Shown here piece by piece: positions 1 to 13,335 of a DNA stretch of 64,000 bases. Both the position numbers and the translations under genes were made by a program. Source of the stretch: Octopus vulgaris (taxonomy: Eukaryota); the NCBI GenBank assembly GCA_951406725.2, contig OX597820.1, forward strand, positions 49,104,001 to 49,168,000, read 5' to 3'. Every line of letters begins with the position of its first letter. Position 1 is the stretch's first letter. Below the pieces are notes generated by a model. That model was not told the origin of the DNA and ran no database searches. It saw nothing but the letters and a program-made list of their open reading frames with translations.

Positions 1-643
1 TGATCACTTATATTTGTAACATACATACTTGCAGACACACCAAATATCTTTTCTTATTGTTATTTTATATTTTTGATAGTTCCATCATTAGTACACGTAA
101 AAAAAAAGAAAAATGTAAAACTTTTCTGTAATCCGATCAGTTTATAGTTATTTTATCGATTTTCCTATCTTTTTTATCTTATAAATGCACTTGAAGCAAA
201 CTTTAAATATAGTTAATCAGAAGAAAAACTGTACAGAAGTGATTCACTTTTTTTTTCAACTAAATTTCTGTTAATTGTTTTCTCTATACGACTACTACGA
301 TATATAATATGTATGCAGTTTTCATTTGGCTTAGAGATAGGCTGCCGCAATATTTCACGCAACCTATTCTGGGTACATTGTTTAGGATAAAATATTACAA
401 AACAGGTAACATCTATATTATTTTGCAATATATGAATGATTCCAAATAAGACTTCAAACGATGCACCTGTGTTTACACCCTGTAAAATACATATTTTACA
501 ATCTAATTTCCAGCAGTGCATTTTGTTTCCTTGTACATGAAGATTGTACAATAATCTCACATATTTATGAAAAAAAAAAAAAAAAGGATTTGTAAGTAGT
601 AATCAGTATGCTAGCTTTGCATTTGTAATATCTCTATTTTTAT

Positions 644-860
644 AAGGCGGTGAGCTGGCAGAAAGGTTAGCAAGCCGGGCCAAGTACTTAGCGGTATTTC
701 GTCTACTGCTACGTTTTGGGTTCAAATTCTGCCGAGGCCGACTTTGCCGTTCATCCTTTAGGGAATCGATAATCTAAGTACCAGTCGCGTACTGGTGTCC
801 ATCTAATCAACTGCCCACCCCCTCAAAATGTCGGGCCTTGTTCCTAGAGTAGAACAGAAT
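644..860 (+). mobile_element. tRNA-derived SINE, family A
   Basis: Head AAGGCGGTGAGCTGGCAGAA, B-box-like GGTTCAAATTC, core GACTTTGCCGTTCATCCTTT..GATAA..AGTACCAG. Homologous copies at 11446, 14995, 22712, 32701 and 61660. Confidence 0.85.
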
Positions 861-934
861 ATCTCTATCTTTATTCCTCACCCACCGCTTTCCGAACTGC
901 TAAGCTGTTCTACCATATGTATTATTGCGCATTT

Positions 935-1166
935 TATTCTTTTATTTGCTTCAGGCATTTGACTGCGGCAATGCTCGAGCACCGCCTTTAGTCGAACACA
1001 TTGACCCCAGAACTTATTTTTGTAAGCCTAGTACTTATTCTATCGGTGTATTTTGCCGAACCACAATGTTACGGGGCCGTAGACACACCAACATCGGTAG
1101 TGAAGCGATGGTTCTTGGACAACAAACACAGACAGACAAACATATTCATATACATACATACATACA

Positions 1167-1245
<79 letters not shown>

Positions 1246-1404
1246 CTTCTTTTAGGTTCCGTCTACCACATCCACTCACAAAGCTTCGGTTGGCCCGAAG
1301 CTATAGTAGGAGACACTTGCCCAAGTTGCCACGCAGTGAGACTGAACCTGGAACCATGTCATGGGTAAGCATTCTACTTCCCACACAACCACTCCTGCGC
1401 CTAT
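935..1404 (-). mobile_element. SINE family B, near-complete copy with internal microsatellite
   Basis: Minus strand reads AGGCGCAGGAGTGGTTGTGTGG..GGTTCAGTCTCACTGCGTGGC..TTGGGCAAGTGTC (head, 1243-1404), then a (TA)/(TATG) tract, then the tail ..GATAGAATAAGTACTAGGC..CGACTAAAGGCGGTGCTC..GCCGCAGTCAAATG. Other copies occur in the window. Confidence 0.85.
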
Positions 1405-2574
1405 ATGTTCAACCCATATATTCACTACATACGAATGTACGCATTTCTCCAACGCATTACAATAACATATTCCCTCCATTATATTTTGTGTTTCGCAAAA
1501 CATTTCATTTTATCTTTCTCTATGATGATGGCGCTAACTAGGCAGATAGGATGCACGCTAAATTTCTTTACCGTAAGTACTGCCTACAAGAGTTTCTTCC
1601 AAAATTTCAAAGTATTGAATTAGTTATTCGATATTCAATTCCTTTTGAAAATACAACCGAAATTAAAGCTATTACATTTGAGTTACACAACGCAATTGCA
1701 CCTGCTAAACATGAAATCATCGGATATTTCCTTAATCGGAATTTTGTTGCTACGTTGAAACCTTTGTAATATCATTCTATATAATGTGAATTAATCGATG
1801 TGCAAAGTACCTTAAGACACTTAACCTGATCTTTTTTACTTAATACTATTTACCAACACCCAACCGAAAACTATATACGTTCCTGTGCAGTTTTTACTAC
1901 ATTAGCAAATATTAAATTGGTTAGTGTCTAATTTAAGCACTGTATTGCAAATTCTCTACGACATTTTATTTTGTCATCATGTGTAAACACTAAGTAACCA
2001 TGGTATACAATACCAAGAGAAGGATGAACTCCTCACTGCAAACAACGCAAAAGAAAACAGCATTACTCGGTCCTTCAGGAAGAGAAGTACTCTGAAGTTC
2101 AAATATAAATTGGGGAACATAGAACAAACCCAATTACTCAACAGGAATTATGAATGAGTCAGAAATCTATGAAGATTACGAGAACGTGTTAAAGAATGGA
2201 TTTTTCCAAAAGTTCTACAGGTAAAACTAGCATAACTGTAACTGAGAAAATTACGTTTCAATAATGCATGAAAATAACTCTACACCAAACTTATAAATTA
2301 GACACGCAAAATCTATGGAGGAAAGTGATGTTAACGTGAATTTGGATTTATAGAAAATAGCTATATGAAAACGACTCATTTATAAAAGCAATTTAGCACA
2401 GAAAGAACGCAGATTTTATGAAAGAATACGTAACATAAATAATCATAATCATAAACTTATCCGAAATATAAACTGCGAAAATATAAGCAGTAATAAAGGA
2501 AACTGAGTCCTTCCACAAAACTCTTCATAAAGGAAATAAAACGAAAAACATGGAAATCAAACATGAGGCCAAAT

Positions 2575-2669
<95 letters not shown>

Positions 2670-2751
2670 TGTGTGCATGTGTGTGTGTGTCTGTGTGTGT
2701 GTGTCTGTGTGTGTGTATATGTGTGTTTGTGTTTGTGTATATATATTAATA

Positions 2752-2988
2752 TAGGATGAAGTTTTTTTACAGAAAAAAATTTAATCAAAGAGTGGCAACA
2801 TATTAAAATACCTTTAAAGGTTAAAATTATAAACAACTTATAAATAAGTGCAAAAGAAAAGTATTTCCATGCCAACATACTGATAACAAAATTTTAAATC
2901 AGTGGGTATACAATAATATGTGGAAATTAACGATTTAAATGTCTGTTATCAGCCTATTGGCATGGAAATAATTTTCTTTTGCCCTTAT

Positions 2989-2994
<6 letters not shown>
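2752..2994. repeat. (TA)n-flanked foldback element, family H1
   Basis: Imperfect inverted arms 2838-2900 and 2932-2994. Shares AAAATACCTTTAAAGGTTAA and ATAAGnGCAAAAGAAA with 35664-35922. Confidence 0.8.
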
Positions 2995-3028
<34 letters not shown>

Positions 3029-3559
3029 GGGAGAGAGTATCGATCAAGTAATTTACGCATGGTAAAGTCAGGATCACTCAATGTAACTGATTGTAGAGAG
3101 AAATTAGATATAGGTTACATTTAAAATAATCTTGTTGAGACATTGATAGTATAAAATTTAAAAATTTCAATTTAAATCACCAAATCTGTCATTAGAAATT
3201 TGGCGATACGTGAAGGTATGTGGCCATGGGAAAAAATAATTTGCGATAGAAGTTTTGTCCGTTTACATTTGGTAAATTCGAAATAGCATGGTAAAATCAA
3301 TTTCGTACACTTCAAAAATTGGGGGTAAATATAGATAATTGATAAATTAACTCAAGAGAATAATTCTTTTGTGGAAGGATCCTCTTAGCTTTAATGACAG
3401 ATTTAGGAATAAGGAGTGTCATAAGAATACAAATACGCTATAACAATATAGCCAATGAAAGAAAACAGAAAAAAAGTGTATAGTTACAGTAGGATAGAAA
3501 GTGAAACCGGTAATTATTGCATATATTTGGGGTGTGTGGTGTCGGTTAATATCTCTTCA

Positions 3560-3900
3560 TTTTTCATTTTCACATGAGCAGATTTCATGTCATGGATCTC
3601 ACTATGAATTCACATTCTGTTATGAGAATACTGGATTCCACATATCTAATGACGATAATATATGGACGAGGAATACGGTTAGGTGAGCAGCAAAATGTCA
3701 GGGTTGCTTTCTTCTATTTCCCAAGTCCTCTTACGACAGTAGCAGAATCCCATTTTCACAGAAGCACGAGAAAGCCGAAAGATGAAACGCAACGTCAGGT
3801 GTCTGATTGTGGTTTCGGCAAATTTGAAACTTACAATGGAAAATACAATGGGGCTGGAAGTAGCAACAACAAAAAACTGAAATTTTATTGTCATAAAAGA
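3560..3900 (-). pseudogene. possible decayed PLE GIY-YIG fragment
   Basis: Minus-strand peptide AETTIRHLTLR resembles GETxRxLxxR, and a downstream ILITECEFI resembles LLIKESLLI. Very degenerate. Confidence 0.3.
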
Positions 3901-4559
3901 TACCCGACACATATGATACTCACTAAATGCATCCCGCGCACACACACACATACAGACACACAGGCATACACAAACACACTCACATACAAACACACACAAG
4001 TTTGTACATTCATATATCGTGGTAGCTGCTCACTCTCCTGTGTTGAACCACCCTTTGAGATCACCTCTTTTAGGAAGCAGGTCTTGTGGTATTTGCTTAC
4101 TAAGCTCAGGTTTTACTGGATTACATGGTTACAGTAGCAAATTTCTAGTTATCATATATTCAACTTCATGAAATGTTGGAACATAAACACGGTTAAATAG
4201 AAACATATACATGCACAAACTATTTACGTAAATTCACAAAAACACTTTCCTATGCATATAAACTTGCAGTTCATAAATTCTCGCATATCACCCTAAATTC
4301 ACTCAAACAGACGTTCACGAATGTATTTACAGTATATGTAATCACAGTGCCAGTTGTGTAAACCAAATCTGCCAAATATTTTTGCCAAGATCTAGTCATG
4401 TCATTTTTTTAAACTTTTTTCCCCCTCATCACATACTTTATTCGGCAAACAAGAGAGGCGACAGAATATTTACATGTTACACTCCACCCTCAGTTTTGAA
4501 TTAACCGAGTGACCAGACTTCCTTGCCTTTCTCTCTTTCGATATTTTGCATCAATCAGT

Positions 4560-5600
4560 TAACTTATTTCCCAACAAAATCATAATACTTTATCATACAA
4601 TCTGTAACAATATGCAAAGGACTAAATGCTGTCACATATCTATAAAACCTATCATAAGAAGGAATATGAATTCAAGGTAGTTTTTACAGTATGTGCCTGT
4701 GGATTAATATCTAATCAATACACTTTAACGACTCAGTATTACTTATAAAGCATTCTTTACCGTATTCTTGCTAACAAAACAAATCATTCAGTACCTTGCT
4801 GTTCATGTTTCACCCCGCTCTTCTTTCAAAGCTCTCTGAGCTTCCAATTTTCACTTCGTAACCATTCTCCCAACATTCCTGTCTTCAAGTTCAATATTTC
4901 ATATGTTATGAATGGACTTCAATAACACTACTACAGTCACGGGTTGATGTCTTTTTCGAAGAAACTGTTCCACTTTTTAAGTGTTCAGTGGCCCTTCCCA
5001 TTTCTTCCTCGGATATATAACGTTGCAAATTCTTCCATCACTTCTTGCACTTCGACCACTATCTGACAATTTCTTCTATTAAATACCTTATTTCTGACTC
5101 TATTAAACATTCTTTCGATCTTTGTTAAATCTTCATATCAGGTGTCATTACTTCCACGGCAATATTCAACATAGTTGTTTTAATCTCTTTATTTTGGATG
5201 TAACCTTATTTATTATTCCAATACCTATTTTGGTTCATCTTCTAAATCCTGTACTCAATTATTTAACTACTTCATCATTTTCCATGCCGAAGCATTTTCT
5301 TTTATCTTTTCCTGAACACCATTTCAAATATTAAAACTCTATTATTTATTTATTCTCATTTTAAAATCTATCTCTCTCTTCCCTCGACAAATATAACCAA
5401 TGTATTATTGATCCTTTCGTGCTTAAATAACTTACCATGTTCATCTGAAATCCATTTCCTTTTTATTTATCTTCTGCTTAGAACACTTGTATCTATATTC
5501 TTGTATATTTCGTTTACTTTGTTCCCAGTAGTATTGATGCCTACATCATCATTTTCAGATTCAAGCATGACAGACTGATTTAGATATTCAATTACAAATT
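4560..5600 (-). pseudogene. highly decayed LINE (CR1-like) ORF2 remnant
   Basis: Minus-strand fragments near 4590-4640 resemble the RT YRPISLL..SKL.EK motif. Strand is purine-rich with many stops. Confidence 0.35.
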
Positions 5601-6394
5601 CATTTTAATTCGATAATCCTTTAAATATTCTACAACAAATCTGCTTATATCGTTGTTTTGCTTGGTAATGAAACATCAAAAACACAACGAATGCTATAGA
5701 AACTTGACAAAACTGATAAATATTAATCAAACAAAGAATAGGAGAACTAAGGAATCGGATAGAAGAAATGCGTCATTCAGTGAACACATACAACAAGAAT
5801 GATATAAGTGTAAACATCTAGGACTTTTGCAGAAATCAATGCGCCTTTACAAACTAATTTAATGAACGATTTATCACGGCAGATCAATCGAGTGTAATAC
5901 TTTGAAATGTGTTGAAAAAAAGCGTACATACGATTCATAAGAAAATTAGATTGATACATCACTAGTAAGGAGTGGCTGAATGTTTGAAAACCACTGTAGA
6001 GTAATCAAAATATATCCAATCGTTTTAAGTAATTGAAAATAGCACATTAAACTTCAAGGATCCAGCGGATCAATGCATTTTATGAGAAGAGAAATGGTTT
6101 GAGAAATAACGAACAAAGAAAAATATAGTAGATGCCTATATTTTGTCTGTTCTGTTCGCAAGTTGAAAACAAGACACTACATCATATAGACTGAAACAGT
6201 ATCAGGTTCCTGAAATGTGAAAGATCTGGAAATACATCATCAAAATAACACAGAACGAATTAATAATATTTATGACGGGAAAGAATCTGAAATAAAAGCG
6301 AAGAATAGAAAACGCTGGTAAGGGTACACAAAGTCATTTTCCCTCAAGTAGGGTGGGAGACAGTAGCTCAGCAATAATATATATATATATATAT

Positions 6395-6596
6395 GTGACC
6401 TCGTGTGTACCGTTGGCGATTTTTGTTTTCCTCTGTCTTTCCCTCTCTGGATCTTTCCTCCTCCTATGTTTCCGACGAAGAGCTCCGCTCGAAACGTTAA
6501 ACCCTCCTTCGATCCTTCTTTCCTGAGCGTCCAATAATACTATATTTGTTCCACGTCCTCACGTTGTTGTGTTTTTTTTTGCTTTCTTGTTTGGAT

Positions 6597-6600
<4 letters not shown>
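6395..6600 (+). mobile_element. short (TA)n-flanked non-coding element carrying a minimal HHR, family H2
   Basis: Flanked by TA tracts. Homologous to 61995-62113 (minus) through CGTTGGCGATTTTT..TTCCTCTGT and the HHR core. Confidence 0.7.
6468..6502 (+). ncRNA. minimal type I hammerhead ribozyme (U4C core variant)
   Basis: GTTT-CCGACGA-A-GAGC(TCC)GCTC-GAAA-CGT-T-AAAC. Stem I is GTTT/AAAC, stem II is GAGC/GCTC, stem III is the palindrome ACGT. Confidence 0.7.
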
Positions 6601-6645
<45 letters not shown>

Positions 6646-6650
<5 letters not shown>

Positions 6651-7400
6651 CATCCCATAAATAAAGTGGGTTTTTTTAATTAAGATTAACAAAATTCTTT
6701 TCTTTAATCTAAAATATATTCTCCTTCATTTTCTGCAATGCACTTCCATCCATCTGGTGAACTTGCAAGGTCCCTCTTCCAAAGTTCACTTGTCCGTGAC
6801 GAAAAATAATCCTGCAGTACCGTTCTACCCTCGTCTGCAGAATTCATATTTTTTTGTCCAAATTATTTTGAAGACTGCCGAATAAATAATATTCAGATGG
6901 GGGCATTGTCCGGTGAATATAGTGGGTGAGGCATCGTTTCCCATTCAAATTGATCCAGTTTTCGAATGACATCCTCGCTGTATATGACCGAGCATTATCC
7001 TCAGAGAAGAACACCTTTCGTCTTCAAACCAAGGATGGTCGTTTTCCTTCTAGCGCTGACTTGAATGACCAAATCCAAACTCCTCTGTTAGTTCGTCAAC
7101 AGTTACGATGGGATTTTGTTCCTCTAGTGTTTGCAGGACGTCCTCGTCGAGCATTGCAGATCTTTCAGGACAAGGCTCGTCTTCTAGTCTATAGTTTCCA
7201 GTTCGGAATTTCTGGAACCACCGTTGACATTGGCTTATGCTTATTGCCCGATGCCCATATACTGCATTAATATTCCTCGAACTTTCCTTACGTTGTTGCC
7301 TTAATTGAACTCATAAAGCAAAATATGCGAATTATGCTCCTTTTTCACTTTCAGTACAGCTTTGAAAAAGCAACCGTTAAATTCGAATAGGAGACCCTTC
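6646..7400 (-). mobile_element. decayed, internally deleted mariner transposon
   Basis: Minus strand gives MPHPLYSPDNAPSE (YSPDxAPSD motif) near 6893-6934 and an N-terminal HILLYEFN..NINAVYG near 7255-7340. One TIR-like end after TA at 6646. Confidence 0.8.
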
Positions 7401-7474
7401 AAAACTTATAATAAGAATATGTACAACATAAAATTACGACCTGCTTGTATAGCAGGTTGATGCAGGTAGTGAAA

Positions 7475-7680
7475 CTAGAGTGTGTGCTACCCGGGGTAGC
7501 CCATCCTTTTACTGACCCCGGACCACACACAAAAACCACATATTGCCTATAACAGACCCAAAAGTACCACCAGGGGCGGACCAGACCTACAACCCCGCCC
7601 ATCTACATTAGTGGGTAGTTTATCCAGTCCCCATCAACTTTTAGTTCATGCAATTGATAATAACCGCATTATTTATGAGA
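7475..7680 (-). mobile_element. mini non-autonomous Helitron
   Basis: Minus strand has 5' A|TCTCATAAATAATG, a 3' hairpin GCTACC-CCG-GGTAGC (7486-7500) and ends CTAG|T. Confidence 0.6.
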
Positions 7681-7907
7681 TGATTCTATATAAATATAAG
7701 TGTGTGTGTGTGTGTATGCATATATATGCGTATATTGAATATGATTATCAATGTGCGTCTATCTGCGGGTGTATAACTACGTGTATTTGTTTGTAAGCAA
7801 GAAGTACGATAGTACCTATATGAATGGACTAACATACATGTGTATGTGTAACGATATTATTGCTGCTAAGCCACTGTCTCCAACTCAACATATATATAGA
7901 CAAACAG

Positions 7908-7946
<39 letters not shown>

Positions 7947-7950
7947 CACA

Positions 7951-8004
<54 letters not shown>

Positions 8005-8010
<6 letters not shown>

Positions 8011-8576
8011 AAAAGGCTTCCAAATTGGAAAGCGTTGTGCTAGAACACAAAAAAGGGATAAATTCACGAAAGGAATGAAAATTAAAAACATTTACCATCT
8101 CAACTATATCCCAGACCGACGGCTTCTAACTATTTCCAGCAAAAAAATATTTGCTGAAGGCAAATTTCTTCAGTGGGACAGCCTTCATAATTCTGACGTA
8201 CAGACTGCTAGATCCACATGTAGAGCTAACGGTTTGTAAATCCTAACTTTTCAAACTTCTGCGCAGACGCTAATTATACCCGGCGACAGAGAGGATGCCG
8301 GTAAAAATTTCGAACGAATTTATCAAACAATATTTAAACATAATAAAATAGAGTAATAATAAATTATTATTATTACCAGTGGCCTAGCACAAAAAAACGA
8401 ATTAGTCATTAGACTATATATTATTCATATAGAAATACAATAAGAGGCTTCCAAATAGGAAAGCGTTGTGCTGGAAATAGTTAGAAACCGTCGGTCTGAG
8501 ATATTGTTGAGATGGTAAATGTTTTAAATTTTCATTCCTTTCGCGAATTTATCCCTTTTTTGTGTTCTAGCACAAC
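8005..8576. mobile_element. PLE pseudo-LTR-like element with direct plus inverted repeat, family H3
   Basis: 8005-8041 is repeated directly at 8436-8472, and 8034-8141 is repeated inverted at 8469-8576. Starts at a (TA)n tract and contains an HHR. Confidence 0.8.
8107..8180 (-). ncRNA. type I hammerhead ribozyme with long stem II
   Basis: TGTCCCA-CTGAAGA-[40-nt hairpin]-GAAG-CC(GTC)GG-TC-TGGGATA. Stem I is 7 bp with one G-U and the cleavage triplet is GUC. The inverted partial copy near 8485 has the canonical GAAACC. Confidence 0.75.
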
Positions 8577-8879
8577 ACTAGCAGAGAATTTAAAAGGAAT
8601 TCAAGATACCTGCTAGAAATTTACGCAATAATTGGCCACTTTAAATCACGTTTTATTATCATCTTTTTTTTAACTATATGTTTTTTTAAACTATATTAAC
8701 AACTTAGTTTTTTTTCCTTTTGTCGGTTTTCCGGAGGATGATAAACATCCTGTCTGTCATTGGATAGTGCATATTGTAATGTAGATTATCAGTCGCTGTC
8801 AATTAGTGAATTAGTCTTATTATACGTTGTGGTATTTTAGCGACAACAATTATCATGGGAAGGAAACCTATTTCATGGT

Positions 8880-9290
8880 ATCAGTTTACAAACGTGTTTC
8901 TTGTCTCCGAAAGGCAGCTGAAAATGTGACCTGCAATTGTCTATGGGTGACCAACCGATGATGGTATAATCAGATTATTAGCTACTAAAAACTTGCAGTT
9001 CATTAAATTCCGTCCCTATGGTCACTGCAAAAGACAGGTATTCTATCCGATTTCAGGATGCGCAGTGCTGATGGAATTGATATTTGCACTTTCTCATAGA
9101 GGAAAATTTTAGAATTGTATCCTTCAAGTAAGTAAGATACGATTCAGTGAGGAATACTTCGTGTGATAGAGGGCAAGTCATTTTCAGGAACTCGAAGCTT
9201 CCACATAAAACAAGACAGGTTTGGGAATTTTCCTTGACCTAACACCAGATTGAGTTTGCGTTGTATCTTCCTTTAGCGTCTTTGTCTACC
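8880..9290 (-). pseudogene. decayed Helitron PIF1-like helicase C-terminus
   Basis: Minus-strand LSFAVTI (cf. LAFAMTINKSQG) is followed by VTHRQLQVTFS (cf. FSHGQLYVALSR), in the expected order. Confidence 0.55.
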
Positions 9291-9309
9291 ATGCCCGACA
9301 AAGATATTG

Positions 9310-9372
9310 TGATGGTAACAGTGTGTATCTACTGAGCTATTTGATGGTAACAGTGTGTATCTACTGAGCTAT
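9310..9372. repeat. perfect tandem duplication, 32-bp period
   Basis: TGATGGTAACAGTGTGTATCTACTGAGCTAT occurs twice. Confidence 0.95.
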
Positions 9373-10949
9373 CAATTTGTTCGATTTTACACATTCTAAA
9401 AAACTTCAAACATCTTACAAAATGATCGGTAGATATGATAAAAATACAGGAGCGATAGTTTATGAATATTTATGAATATCAATAATACGTGTGTACTTCG
9501 GAATACGAGTATACTTCGGAATGCGATGTACACTTGCGCTACGCTATTCACTCTACTACATATGCAGAACGTGCCCCGAGGCACTTTCCATTGGTCATCG
9601 AAATGCTAACATAGCCACTTGTAACGCAATAAATGAAGAAGGAGGAGGAGAAGGAGGAGGAGGAAGAGGGGGAGGGGGAGGAAATGTGGATACTACGTAA
9701 AATTGAATATCTTTCCAATTATGAATTCACGCACACACGCAAACATACGTTTGTATACATATATGTGTATTATGTAAAATACACATACACACACACACAC
9801 ACATACATGTATGCATATGCTTTTATATAAATATATACACATTCATATACAGTAATATACTAGAAAATATTTTTCAATCACCTGATTGACAACGCGTTTC
9901 ATTAATAAGATTGATCTGCCATAATGCCTTCTGATGTAAGAGATGACAGATACTTCAAAGTCACTCATATTGTTAACAATGATACTTCAGTTCACGACAC
10001 GTTCAAGTGCTTACAACTTCCTACTAAACACACATATGTGTGCGTGTGTTTAATTTATAAACATATTGTTCATATCTGTGTGTAACGACGTATGTATAGG
10101 TTTATATGTGGAGTGGATCTGTGTGTATATATAATTTGTATATACGAATTACATATAAACACTAACTTTTAGTATATCTAGACAAGAAAATTGAAAAAGT
10201 GTAATCATATCATAGTATATTTTACGCTGTTATATAACTTATTTCATTTATCTTTATTATATAATATCCAAAACTCCTAAAAATTTATTGTAAAAAGTTT
10301 GTGACGTATAAAAGTGAGATATGTTTAAAAATACGTTTTCAGAAATTTATATCATGCCGAATTGTTTTGCAAATAAGCACTTATGGAAATATTATATATC
10401 TCAAAACATTCACTGAAGTATGTAGTTACTGGAATGAGACAACAGAAATGCACACAGGAGTTTGAATCGCTTGCAAAACTAAATATCTACTAAAGTATTG
10501 TTTTTTTTTCTCTATCTATATATCTATGTATGCGTTTTCTTTGAGTTTTATTTAAGTTCTTGAGAGAGTTGAACGGTCGCTAATAAAGCGTCAAGACTTT
10601 TTGAGTTAAAGGGGTTGCTTATGTTTGTAAATATATGTTTAATTTTGGTGGGGGGTAGTTCAACTGTCGATACATACATACAAGTATGAGCATCTATTCA
10701 CATAATAATCTCAGAGAATTTTTGGAATGTCTTAAAAATCTTCAGTGTACCATTATGACATTGGATTTGGAGAATCCGCCAGTTTCATTGGCTCTTTCTC
10801 CGTGCTAAAAAGTATAACTAGGATTCTATGTAGGTCGTTATTCAGTTTATTTCAATATCTCTTGCCGATAGTGAAAGAACCGACTTCTAACCTATATCCA
10901 TGGTTTCTTCCTTGGAATTTCAACATCAACAACAAGGTATTTTTGCTTG

Positions 10950-10983
<34 letters not shown>

Positions 10984-11445
10984 TGTATGTATGTATGTAT
11001 GTATGTATGTATGTATGTATGTATGTATGTATGTATGTATATATGTACGTATGTATGTATGTTTTATGTATGTATTTTCATGCATATATTTACATAACTA
11101 GTCAAGCTCATATATATTTAACTGATAAACTTCTGCAAAGTTTTATAGATTTTTACAACGTATGTATGTAAAGAAGGTTGGCTGCAACATTGACTTTGAA
11201 GGAATGATACTTGATCTGTGAAAGCTTGCCTGCATTAATTTCAAATTCCCTTATGGATACCTTCATTCATTTTTTTCTGGTAATATGACATCTGATTATT
11301 CGAGGAATATTTCGAATGTAACTGGTGATGACTTCTCTTCAAAAATGACAAAATGCATTTTATTACTTGTTCTAACTCTTTATACTCTGAGTTGAAACCC
11401 CGCCGCGTTCATATGTGTTTTTCATCATTCTGGGGTCTATGATAA

Positions 11446-11661
11446 CGGTTTTAAATTTTGGCACAAGACCAGCAAGTTCGAGGAATGGGTAAGTCGAGTA
11501 CATTGACTCAAGAGCTCAACTAGTATTTTTTTTTTATTGACCTCGAAATGATGAAAGGAAAAGTTGATCTCAGCAGAATTTGAACTTAGATTGTAAAGAC
11601 GGACGAATTGCCGCTAAGCAATTTGCCCTATGTGCGACCGATTCTGTCAACACGCTGCCTT
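11446..11661 (-). mobile_element. SINE family A, diverged, adjoining a plus-strand family A fragment (about 11381-11445)
   Basis: Reverse-complement similarity to 644-860. Confidence 0.75.
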
Positions 11662-11770
11662 CTCCACGGTCGATAATGTTGACAGACAATACTCTAGGCT
11701 GCTATCTCTTTTAAAATCAAGGCCGCTATATATGAGAAACTATAGTTTTTTTTTTTTTTTCTGTGTAAAG

Positions 11771-12167
11771 ATTTTAGGCAAATAAGTAATAAATTTAGCA
11801 TAGTATCTGTCAATGAATTTTTGCCATGGCTTTTCAAGTTGTATGGTGGAATTAGATTTTTCTATCGAAGATATACTTGTATTCTGAACGACACTAAACG
11901 GTCAGAATTGGATTTTAAAAAAGTATGACTTTCTGACGCTTACTTACTTCAGTGTTTAAAGTTGTCAACAGAATATAATAACATATTTTGAAACCCAAAG
12001 TAAAATTATGCTCTTAAGTTCGATATAAATGTTTTGGGTTGACCATAGAGCCATCGATGAGGTCAAATAATTAGAAGACCTTTGTAATTTTTCTCTCAAA
12101 AAATATCCTGAAGTCATAATTACAATGATTCATTGAAACATTTGTCTAATGCAAATAAGTCAAAAAC
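11771..12167 (+). repeat. about 400-bp direct duplication, copy 1 (copy 2 at 15916-16315)
   Basis: Identical by eye for about 300 bp, with small indels only near the 3' end. Confidence 0.95.
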
Positions 12168-13149
12168 AATACTTTCCATAAGTTAAAGCCAAATCTGAGT
12201 TGTAAAACAGTATCTTCACAAAAAGAAATACAACGAACAGACATTACATAATTTTGCCTAAATTCAATGTTTTAAGTGGAACTGACAAAATTTAGATTGC
12301 ATTAAAATAGTGTAGCTACCAGATGGACAAATGCTTTAAAAGGTTACATGCGATTTCTTAAGAAGTGATTATATAGAGATTTTGTTTCTAAATACAAATA
12401 AAACACTACTAAAACAGGTCCAAAAATAAATGCTGATCAACAGTTGCAATACACATAATTATCAAATTTCAAGAAACACTTAAAACCAGTAGCTAGTCCA
12501 TCCAAATCACTAACTTTTAATGTCTTAGAATTTTTAGTTAAACTATTAACGCAAAAAGAGAATCTTACTCTCAAACAATTATTTCTAACATGGTTTTAGA
12601 AGTTTAAAATATTTTTAGACGGATTCTAAAATTAATCATTTGATACAGAGAGCGTCGTATGAATAGAAAATTTGAGAAAGCCTATTTTACCCACTCTGTG
12701 GAAATGCAATTTTGCATTTGTTATAAAGAGTATTATGCCAAAAGCTCAAAGTTATTTTATACTCAATCTTTATATCTTGTTAGGTAAGTACTGCAATTGC
12801 GCTTTAGATCAAATATCAAATCATTCTCACTTCTTTATTGCAAATATGTGGTAAATACTGTTAGCTCTAATGAGTTAAGGAACGCGAATACATATATTTC
12901 GTTGAGAATACATTGTAATATAGTTTCTTTTTTGAGTGTCCAGGTATATTCAGGCGTTTTCAGTTTCCTAGATATTTGCTATTGTGTTTAAAATTTAATT
13001 GGCCATTTTCTGCTGCGAAAAAGGGGAACCATTGGAAAGATCTCTTTCGGAATAGGGGTATTTACAGGTACAGTTGTGTAGAGTGTTTCGCGAGTAAGGA
13101 GTAATACGACAGACAAAAAGGGGAAAAAATTAATGGCATATGAATGACC

Positions 13150-13335
13150 TATAAAGTACGAGTAAGCAATTGGCAATGTAAATGTTGCACAAGATAAAAG
13201 ACCAGCATATAATGGATCAGTGTTTTATAGGTTATGGTGTTATTGAATAAAATATATATCAGCAAGTAAGATGACATCTTTTTATTGTGGGCTGGAATAC
13301 TTTTATCTGCTACTTCTATAATGTTGCGGGTATGT
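13150..13335 (-). pseudogene. possible decayed Helitron helicase fragment
   Basis: RNIIEVAD..ITYKTL..HLHCQLLTRTL loosely follows NVIEA..TINKSQG..SHGQLYVALSR. Confidence 0.3.

Noticed and set aside
1990-2340. LINE RT C-terminal remnant
   Set aside because: Only a faint Y.ERVKE resemblance, too weak to call.
9310-9530. CRISPR-like short repeats (32-bp and about 18-bp duplications)
   Set aside because: Only two adjacent copies each, no spacers, and a eukaryotic context.
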